Virus record (IMG/VR): IMGVR_UViG_3300034374_009920
Coordinates: 1-26,196 of that record
DNA: 26,196 nucleotides
Origin: a virus
Taxonomy: Duplodnaviria > Caudoviricetes
Reading direction: 5' to 3' (one strand)
Under the pieces are notes generated by a model. The model worked only from the letters and a program-made list of their open reading frames with translations, was not told where the DNA came from and ran no database searches. Below, in pieces: positions 19,074 to 25,077 of the stretch; the stretch's first letter is position 1; each line of letters begins with the position of its first letter. Both the position numbers and the translations under genes were made by a program.

Positions 19074-19302
19074 TAACTGTTATGAGAAGTGCATTAGGTC
19101 CAATAAGATGATAGTCGGCTCCCTTAGGAGCCTTTGCAAGAAGATGTGGATAAAACCTAAGTTCACTATTAAGTGTCTTCTTCTCAGCTTTTGTCACCTC
19201 AAGTGTAACCTCATCCACATTATCTACAAAGATCTTCTCAAGAAGTCTCTCTGTTAGGTTATACAACCCTGTATACGTAAAGCTTGTGCTATCCAAGATC
19301 AT
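19054..19302 (-). CDS. Hypothetical protein (paralogue of the downstream gene)
   Basis: Likely start MILDSTSF (ATG at 19302). Shares the motifs noted for 18819-19073. Confidence 0.7.
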   Translation of the reverse strand: MILDSTSFTYTGLYNLTERLLEKIFVDNVDEVTLEVTKAEKKTLNSELRFYPHLLAKAPKGADYHLIGPNALLITVNDNDDQ

Positions 19303-19828
19303 CTTCAAACATTCCTTTTTCACGACCTCCTCTTAAGCTACCACTTTCCTCTACCTCCTTCTTAACCTCGTCCTCCAGCTTCTTAAGAGCCGCAACAAGC
19401 TTAGGAAGTGCTTCGATGGTACCTCTTACCTTGGAGATGTCGTTGACATACTTATCGTTACTATCCCTCTCGTTATAATCAATACTATTCAAGAACTCAG
19501 ACAGATCGTCCAGGTTGCTCCACGCACTCTTCAGCAACTTCATCGATCTTGTCTGCATAAGTTCCCTATAGACCTCTTGAGCGGCCTTTACCTTTGCGTC
19601 AGGTTTCCAGTCCTTATCAAAGACAGCATCTATGATCTTACCTTCCTTCTCCTCATCCGTATAGTTACGGAACGGAGAACGTAGATCTTCCATGAAGAAG
19701 ATGTAGCTCAGCTCCTTGAACGACATGTCCTTGTTGCGGTTCTTGGTCCATACGGCCTTGAACTCCTTGATCGCCAGGGTCTGTGGCAACCAGGCAACTA
19801 CACCGTTCTCCATGTAGAAAAGATCCAT
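19289..19828 (-). CDS. Conserved crAss-like pre-terminase protein (possible terminase small subunit)
   Basis: Motifs LAIKEFKAVW, KELSYIFFMEDLRSP, DWKPD, and a C-terminal coiled coil ending RGGREKGMFED. Upstream of terL. Confidence 0.6.
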   Translation of the reverse strand: MDLFYMENGVVAWLPQTLAIKEFKAVWTKNRNKDMSFKELSYIFFMEDLRSPFRNYTDEEKEGKIIDAVFDKDWKPDAKVKAAQEVYRELMQTRSMKLLKSAWSNLDDLSEFLNSIDYNERDSNDKYVNDISKVRGTIEALPKLVAALKKLEDEVKKEVEESGSLRGGREKGMFEDDLG

Positions 19829-20280
19829 TATCCGGGCAGTTGTACTTCTTTAGGATCAACCGTCTTCCACTTATTCTTCATGCCCTTGGCCTTTTCAACC
19901 ATCTTAGGGTCAAGATAACGTGTAAGATCACGTTCGATCTTCTTGTTCAGGTCAGATGAAACAATGGTCTGCAACATATCCTCTGAAGGTTCCTTATCAT
20001 ACGTACCCATAAGATCATACGACTTGATAAGGAAATACACCTCATCGTCCAGACCTAGAATAGGTGAGGGATGTACTCCCGCCAACAACAATCCTATCTG
20101 ACCTGCTTTGAATGTCTTTACATCATCAGCCACATCCACGATCTTAACGAACGGATTGTAAATAGGTCCCGTTTCCTTATTAGCTGCCATAATGATACCT
20201 GACTTTGTTTCTGTGATAAGCTCCAGCTTGATCACAATGTGCCCGTTCTTAGGCGTGAATCCACTTGTGTTCTTCTCCAT
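19828..20280 (-). CDS. GroES-like co-chaperonin
   Basis: FTPKNGHIVIK...ETKSGII...KIVDVADDVKTFKAGQ follows the GroES pattern (P..D.V; TxSGII mobile loop; VKVGD), plus a C-terminal extension of about 55 aa. Confidence 0.6.
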   Translation of the reverse strand: MEKNTSGFTPKNGHIVIKLELITETKSGIIMAANKETGPIYNPFVKIVDVADDVKTFKAGQIGLLLAGVHPSPILGLDDEVYFLIKSYDLMGTYDKEPSEDMLQTIVSSDLNKKIERDLTRYLDPKMVEKAKGMKNKWKTVDPKEVQLPG

Positions 20281-20281
20281 C

Positions 20282-20449
20282 TTACTTGATTCTTTTTCCT
20301 TTTTTATACTGTTTGATCTGCTCTTTCATAAAACTACGTCTGAACAGATATTCTTCCCTGGTCTCACCCTCCAATCTTCCATTTGAAAAGCTCATCCTCA
20401 CTTTGAGGATCTCTCCTGCATCATTGACATGCTCAATATACTCCATCAT
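20282..20449 (-). CDS. Hypothetical protein
   Basis: Likely start MMEYIEH (ATG at 20449, ATGA overlap with the upstream TM peptide). Confidence 0.6.
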   Translation of the reverse strand: MMEYIEHVNDAGEILKVRMSFSNGRLEGETREEYLFRRSFMKEQIKQYKKGKRIK

Positions 20450-20562
20450 ATCACCCCTATCATGTAAAGGACAAATAGCCAACCACAGATCAACAACAAA
20501 AGAGAGCTCAACCCTCCATCATCCTTAAAAAAATCTCCAGGATCGTTACCACCTATCGTCAT
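20446..20562 (-). CDS. 38-aa single-transmembrane peptide
   Basis: Not in the ORF track. MTIGGNDPGDFFKDDGGLSSLLLLICGWLFVLYMIGVI. ATGA overlaps at both ends. Confidence 0.65.
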   Translation of the reverse strand: MTIGGNDPGDFFKDDGGLSSLLLLICGWLFVLYMIGVI

Positions 20563-20774
20563 AGCTCCGGTTCTGTACTAAGTTCATCAGGAATATGCTG
20601 ACTGCTTACAAAGTCACCCCATCTCACAAGATATTCCGGCATACCACTATAGTGTATTGCTATCTGTATCACCGTTCCCTTCATCTCTGACCCTCCCTGC
20701 AGAGACTGCGTTGCTGCTTTCAGATAAACAGTATCCCCTATCAGAAAGTCCAACTTCAACCTTACCTCTTTCAT
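20559..20774 (-). CDS. Small SH3-like/beta-barrel hypothetical protein
   Basis: FLIGDTVYLK...GTVIQI...YLVRW...EL pattern. Confidence 0.65.
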   Translation of the reverse strand: MKEVRLKLDFLIGDTVYLKAATQSLQGGSEMKGTVIQIAIHYSGMPEYLVRWGDFVSSQHIPDELSTEPEL

Positions 20775-20874
20775 ACTTCAATAGATATTTGATTATCTCT
20801 TCTACACCTTCAACAATATCAGATGGCATACCATCATTTCCCCATACTGTCAAAGTAATCCCTGACTCAATCAT
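20647..20874 (-). CDS. Possible hypothetical protein overlapping the next gene
   Basis: Start overlaps the Zn-finger gene stop and fills the otherwise empty 20775-20866, but it overlaps 20559-20774 by 128 nt. Confidence 0.4.
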   Translation of the reverse strand: MIESGITLTVWGNDGMPSDIVEGVEEIIKYLLKYERGKVEVGLSDRGYCLSESSNAVSAGRVRDEGNGDTDSNTL

Positions 20875-21088
20875 TCCACTTGTTCTTAGGGCATTTACTG
20901 TCCATACTCCTGGTCTTGGCTATCAACGGACATCCACATGCATTACACTTCAGAACACCTAACACCTTCTGGGCCTCAGGACACTCTGCGCATATACCTG
21001 CTCTTTTTAACGCAACCTCCTCTACGTGAGGATCACGATTGATGAGATGCTTCCATCCATCAATTATCTCTGTCAGCTTTCCTTTCAT
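20867..21088 (-). CDS. Cys-rich Zn-finger protein (DUF6171-like pattern)
   Basis: R..IC..CP...C..CGC....KT......CP..KW. Confidence 0.75.
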   Translation of the reverse strand: MKGKLTEIIDGWKHLINRDPHVEEVALKRAGICAECPEAQKVLGVLKCNACGCPLIAKTRSMDSKCPKNKWND

Positions 21089-21296
21089 TTACCCTTTTTA
21101 AACTCCTATCATTAGGCTTCAATCTTCCAAGATCCTTTATATATACCTCTCCCATACTTGAAGGATCAGACTGTTCTCCGGAAGTTATCACCTTATTGAC
21201 ATACTTCCACTGCATCTTCCATACATGCAGCATCACATTATACGGAATGCCTATTCGCAAAGATGCGTCCTTCAATATCCTCTCCTGCTCGGTCAT
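21060..21296 (-). CDS. HU/IHF-like small DNA-binding protein (divergent)
   Basis: Two helices, then EVYIKDLGRL resembling the HU V.I.GFG.F motif. Syntenic with crAss-like IHF-type genes. Confidence 0.5.
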   Translation of the reverse strand: MTEQERILKDASLRIGIPYNVMLHVWKMQWKYVNKVITSGEQSDPSSMGEVYIKDLGRLKPNDRSLKRVNERKADRDN

Positions 21297-21462
21297 CTAT
21301 GACTATCCTAAGATTTATTACCAGATTCTCTGCATCAAAATCCACATTCACTGAAGACTCAGGTCTCTCCTTCATATAAACCTGCAAAGATTCTGCAATG
21401 GTATCATTCAACTTTTCCAGCTCCTTCAAGCTGTTCCTCTCGAACCTGTAATTCAGTTCCAT
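21238..21462 (-). CDS. Hypothetical protein
   Basis: Likely start MELNYRF (ATG at 21462). In the same operon as its neighbours. Confidence 0.6.
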   Translation of the reverse strand: MELNYRFERNSLKELEKLNDTIAESLQVYMKERPESSVNVDFDAENLVINLRIVIDDRAGEDIEGRIFANRHSV

Positions 21463-21838
21463 CTTTCTTGATCCTAAACTCAAATGTCACCTTATTAACA
21501 TCCGAGGGGTAAATAACAAAGGCCTTGGACAACTGGTTACCCTTAATAATACCTGCTTTACGCAAAAGAGACACGGAGTTGTTAAAGCTGGCCTCTGTCA
21601 ACCCTAACAACTTCCTCATCTCCTTGCGAGTGGCCGGTGAAAATACAAGTTCCCATTTCTTTGGATCCTCTTCATCCTTAAAAGACATGGAAAGCTCCGC
21701 ATTCCTCCGCATCATTTCAGCCAGTACATTACAGTCTTTGTTCGAGAGCTGATTCAGGGGAGGCATGGCTTTCAATATCTCAAGGTACAGTCGGAAAAAC
21801 CGTTTACTGTCCGTTCCTATTACTATCGTTCTTCCCAT
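21404..21838 (-). CDS. Winged-helix HTH protein (RepL-like), first gene of the minus-strand block
   Basis: RKEMRKLLGLTEASFNNSVSLLRKAGII is an HTH pattern. Preceded by a promoter. Confidence 0.65.
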   Translation of the reverse strand: MGRTIVIGTDSKRFFRLYLEILKAMPPLNQLSNKDCNVLAEMMRRNAELSMSFKDEEDPKKWELVFSPATRKEMRKLLGLTEASFNNSVSLLRKAGIIKGNQLSKAFVIYPSDVNKVTFEFRIKKDGTELQVREEQLEGAGKVE

Positions 21839-21845
21839 CCTGATG

Positions 21846-21877
21846 CAAACCTACACAATACTTTTCAATAATACAAG
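21846..21877 (-). promoter_or_regulatory. Bacteroidota sigma-A-type promoter (-33/-7)
   Basis: Minus strand CTTG-N20-TAGGTTTG, 7 nt upstream of the ATG at 21838. Consensus is TTTG-N19-21-TAnnTTTG. Confidence 0.65.
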
Positions 21878-22082
21878 CATTGTTCTAAAAAAGACACAAT
21901 TTCAAACCCTCTCTCCCTAGTTTTTTTGGAATCACCGCGAAAAACACCAGACTGTTGCTGGTCAAAAACCGCACCGTAGACCCTAACTGCCGTTTTTGAG
22001 TTTCATTTATCTGATCCAACAGGTGGTACCTGAAGTGTAAGACTTTGAACTTTGAACAGGAGTGTCTCTGACCGGTTGGGTA

Positions 22083-22090
22083 CAAAGATA
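22083..22090 (-). promoter_or_regulatory. Possible second -7 element
   Basis: TATCTTTG on the minus strand at the edge of the A/T tract. No clean -33 element. Confidence 0.4.
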
Positions 22091-22227
22091 AATAAAATTT
22101 TTTTTCTGGGAAAAATTTTTTGTGCAGGTGAGAGAGATTACCTACTCCCTATAACCCACCTAGGTTCTGCGGATGGGGAAAGTCCCCCTCTGCAGTAATT
22201 TAAGTCTAACGCCTAAAATCTAAAAAA

Positions 22228-22674
22228 ATGGCAAAAGTAACTTTTTCTTTCCGTTCCGGTACAAATAGCCGCAACGAAAAATTCTACATGTCTGTCGGTG
22301 TATACCCTAAGACAGTAGAAGCAGAGTATCTTAACGAAACAATCTCGGCTGAGCCGGGTGTTTCTATCTATCTTCCGGCAGATGTGAACTCACCGGAAGT
22401 GTGTGACCTTCTTGACCAGTATGCCAAAGGCGATACTATCAAGCGCGAAATCGCTGAAGGTCTTCTCATAACCATGCCAGGTGAACGGCATAGTTATGAA
22501 GTAGAGTTGGATGATATCCACCTTACTTCCCGTCTCACCGCCAAAGCTAATAGTAATGTAGCTGGTGGCGTTGCTATCTACGGGTCTCTCTCCACTGAGG
22601 GTAGAGTTCGTGTCTTTGAAGGCCTTGTAACAGCCCTTCAAGAGTTTGTTGCCAAACGCACTATCAATGCGTAA
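22228..22674 (+). CDS. Hypothetical protein, first gene of the plus-strand block
   Basis: 148 aa with an A-rich leader (AAAAAAATG) and its own terminator. Confidence 0.8.
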   Translation: MAKVTFSFRSGTNSRNEKFYMSVGVYPKTVEAEYLNETISAEPGVSIYLPADVNSPEVCDLLDQYAKGDTIKREIAEGLLITMPGERHSYEVELDDIHLTSRLTAKANSNVAGGVAIYGSLSTEGRVRVFEGLVTALQEFVAKRTINA

Positions 22675-22675
22675 C

Positions 22676-22706
22676 AGAAGGAGCCCTAACGGGCTCTCTT
22701 CTTTTT
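22676..22706 (+). terminator. Intrinsic terminator
   Basis: GAGCCC-TAAC-GGGCTC hairpin, extended by AGAAG/CTTCT and followed by a T-run, right after the stop codon. Confidence 0.8.
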
Positions 22707-22953
22707 ACTGCTTGTAAAGTAAGTGAGTAGGATGAGCGTCCTTCTCGTGGACTTAACACTCACTCCCACAGACATTTCAGAAGATAACTGATTGAACTTT
22801 AGTTATTTATGTCATGTTTGTGTGGAGATGTGTGTGGTGTCATATACTCTACTCCACACTTGACACCCTTTTCCACACACTCAATTCTGCCAGTGTGTCT
22901 TTATAAATATAGCAGAAACCATTTTCCTTTTCACACCGACTAACAACAATATC

Positions 22954-23175
22954 ATGCTTAGAAAGTACATCATAGTCACAGAATGGAACTCAGATACTAT
23001 CATTTCAGTCTCTGTTTTCCCTGCTACAAGAACAAAACCACACTATTGCAACAATGGTGGTGGTGTCAATGGTCTTGAATATGAGATCCATGATTACAAT
23101 CTTGAGGATGCTATCAGACAGATATCTCCTCAGATGCAACTTGATGTTGAAGATGGTTACACCTTTGGCATATAA
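22954..23175 (+). CDS. Hypothetical protein
   Basis: 73 aa with an A/C-rich leader, followed by a terminator-like hairpin. Confidence 0.7.
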   Translation: MLRKYIIVTEWNSDTIISVSVFPATRTKPHYCNNGGGVNGLEYEIHDYNLEDAIRQISPQMQLDVEDGYTFGI

Positions 23176-23187
23176 GATACTTTAGTC

Positions 23188-23222
23188 GGTCGCATTCCTC
23201 TTCGGAGGGTGTGACCTTCTTT
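23188..23222 (+). terminator. Terminator-like hairpin with a cUUCGg loop
   Basis: GGTCGCATTCCTC-TTCG-GAGGGTGTGACC, then TTCTTT. Confidence 0.65.
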
Positions 23223-23224
23223 AA

Positions 23225-23418
23225 ATCCTCTGAACTAACGAAGAGGTCATCAGTAATGATGTAGTATTATCATAATGATAATAAAACTAACAGAGGTGTG
23301 CGCTAACACACTTAGAGGATGTTCCTCTTGATCCGCAAGGAAGTCAGGCAGCAAAACTCTCTTCGGAGAGAAACAAAAAACTCAATAACTTCCCAAGATG
23401 TTGAGGGCACCAGTTTCT
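23225..23418 (+). ncRNA. Candidate structured RNA
   Basis: Intergenic stretch with no long ORF and consecutive hairpins carrying GTAA, GCAA and TTCG tetraloops. Family not recognised. Confidence 0.4.
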
Positions 23419-23534
23419 TTAATAGACAGAATACACAGCGTTGGGCTGGCACAAAAGTCATTAAAGTTTTAGGTGTAAAACACAGGTGAACGCTCTACCT
23501 ACACAAGTGAGTTAACTGTATAACCGACATAAAG

Positions 23535-23810
23535 ATGAAAAAGGTACAGTTCATTCTTGTCCTGAAGCTCAGATCAGGACGTAAGATAAATTTCATACTG
23601 AGCACCAGAGAATGTATTGATCCAACAAGAACCTCTGATTGGAGAAGGATCAAGAACATGCTCAAACAGGGATATGTTGACACTGAGCTTTACAGGAACC
23701 TCAAAACATGGGGTGACAATGCTTCAGTAGAATCCATCATATCCGGTAAGTTCATTGAGTTCAATAACAACAGACGTCATATTCATGGTGTCTTAAACCA
23801 AGCAGTATGA
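23535..23810 (+). CDS. Hypothetical protein
   Basis: 91 aa, with an ATGA overlap into the lipoprotein gene. Confidence 0.7.
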   Translation: MKKVQFILVLKLRSGRKINFILSTRECIDPTRTSDWRRIKNMLKQGYVDTELYRNLKTWGDNASVESIISGKFIEFNNNRRHIHGVLNQAV

Positions 23811-24127
23811 AAAAGTTACTTGCAATTGTCAGTGCCGTTATGCTTTTGGCCTCGTGTGAAAGCAACCGTTCCACATTTGTTGATGTGGAGGATGGAAAGA
23901 TGTTCACTCTTAACTGTGGACATCATGATCAGTATCTTAGTGCAGGAGATACTGTAGTATATGTAGAGAAGATGACATCTTCACAACTAAGAAAGAGATT
24001 GAGTCTCTACGGAGTATACAATGGTAAGGCCATACCAAAGGATACTGATTGGGATCATTGGAGTTCTGTTGATTCCAGTTACTCCTACTACTCAGCCACC
24101 TATCATCTGGCCATAAAGATAGATTGA
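23807..24127 (+). CDS. Lipoprotein
   Basis: Signal peptide II MKKLLAIVSAVMLLAS-C with lipobox LASC. Confidence 0.8.
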   Translation: MKKLLAIVSAVMLLASCESNRSTFVDVEDGKMFTLNCGHHDQYLSAGDTVVYVEKMTSSQLRKRLSLYGVYNGKAIPKDTDWDHWSSVDSSYSYYSATYHLAIKID

Positions 24128-24128
24128 T

Positions 24129-24302
24129 ATGGCTGAGTTATTTGATATCTGCGTGGCTGTCCTTGTATGGATAGCCCGCATCTTTGACATTACATACAAA
24201 GAGGTCAACATTTGGATCTTTGTAATTATTGAGCCTATTATATTCATCATCATGTTGATCTATATCATCATGTTAAAAAGAAAGATATGGAAGGCACAGT
24301 AA
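24129..24302 (+). CDS. 57-aa membrane protein
   Basis: Not in the ORF track. MAELFDICVAVLVWIARIFDITYKEVNIWIFVIIEPIIFIIMLIYIIMLKRKIWKAQ. Starts 1 nt after the lipoprotein stop. Confidence 0.8.
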   Translation: MAELFDICVAVLVWIARIFDITYKEVNIWIFVIIEPIIFIIMLIYIIMLKRKIWKAQ

Positions 24303-24388
24303 TAGTTTATGCAATTCTTCAGACGGTCGTGACATTGTTCATGGCCGTCATTATTTTACTAACCAACAAAAACAAACATCGTGGCTAA
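24287..24388 (+). CDS. 33-aa single-TM peptide
   Basis: Not in the ORF track. MEGTVIVYAILQTVVTLFMAVIILLTNKNKHRG. Overlaps both neighbours. Confidence 0.55.
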   Translation: MEGTVIVYAILQTVVTLFMAVIILLTNKNKHRG

Positions 24389-24704
24389 AACAAGAAAAGA
24401 ATTATTGATCTCCGTAAGATCAAGTATTGAAGACTTCATCAACAATCCTCTGCTGAATCCTGATTTCTCAGAGATGACAGTGGACGGTAATGATGCTGTA
24501 GTAACAGACTTCTTCCAGGATATCCTTGATGACATTGATCATCACATGGAACTGTATGATGAGATGGATGAGATCATTGAGATGCACGAAACACTTGAAC
24601 GTGCAGAGCTTGACCATCTTACTGCATCACACGCTGAAGAGTCTAATATTCCGGATGAGGTTTTTGACGGCATTTTTGAAAACCTATCAGATAGATCAGT
24701 ATGA
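24381..24704 (+). CDS. Highly acidic hypothetical protein
   Basis: 107 aa, GTG start, D/E-rich and helical. Confidence 0.7.
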   Translation: MAKTRKELLISVRSSIEDFINNPLLNPDFSEMTVDGNDAVVTDFFQDILDDIDHHMELYDEMDEIIEMHETLERAELDHLTASHAEESNIPDEVFDGIFENLSDRSV

Positions 24705-24862
24705 TACTGGCTGTCATCATATTCTTCTTATCTTTGACCGTGATCGCAATGTTCATGGTCTTAGATGAGGAAGATGATACCTATGAATGTTGGAACTGTC
24801 ATGAACATCTTGACAATTGCACAGATCATGCGTATTGTCCGCACTGTTTAGAAAGTCTGTAA
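24701..24862 (+). CDS. 53-aa membrane-anchored Zn-ribbon peptide
   Basis: Not in the ORF track. MILAVIIFFLSLTVIAMFMVLDEEDDTYECWNCHEHLDNCTDHAYCPHCLESL. ATGA overlap, N-terminal TM, and CxxC...CxxC. Confidence 0.75.
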   Translation: MILAVIIFFLSLTVIAMFMVLDEEDDTYECWNCHEHLDNCTDHAYCPHCLESL

Positions 24863-24974
24863 CCATGCATCAGAAGAGTAGCGGTAAACCTCGTGCAGTA
24901 AACCAACTTAGGGTTGGTACGATCAGAACTTACAGCAGTTTCGGCTCAGGATAACAAAGCTCTCTTCTTTTTAT

Positions 24975-25045
24975 AGTCAGGTAGCGTAATTGGTAACGCC
25001 TTTGATTTTATCAGAGAGATACAGGTTCGAGTCCTGTCCTGACTA
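24975..25045 (+). tRNA. tRNA-like gene, atypical anticodon arm (best reading Lys-UUU)
   Basis: Acceptor AGTCAGG/CCTGACT; T8-A9; D arm GCGT-AATTGGTA-ACGC; T arm ACAGG-TTCGAGT-CCTGT; discriminator A; no encoded CCA. The anticodon arm is 2 nt short. Confidence 0.8.
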
Positions 25046-25077
25046 CATATTAATTTCTAAAACAAAAACCGATTAAA

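Noticed and set aside
180-21752. Many plus-strand ORFs in the ORF track over the structural block
   Set aside because: They are antisense shadows of well-supported minus-strand genes. For example, the Phe/Leu-rich 2887-3312 ORF is just the complement of Lys codons.
21885-22085. 66-aa minus-strand ORF in the strand-switch region
   Set aside because: TTG start inside a promoter-like element and no recognisable features. More likely non-coding, though not excluded.
22700-23530. CRISPR mini-array or hammerhead ribozyme
   Set aside because: There are no regularly spaced direct repeats, and no CUGANGA...GAAA core in a proper three-stem context.
24526-24768. 80-aa plus-strand ORF
   Set aside because: It overlaps two better-supported, translationally coupled genes in other frames.
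25006-25010. Ochre suppressor reading (TTA anticodon) of the tRNA
   Set aside because: TTA is not centred in any paired register, and TAA is the commonest stop here.
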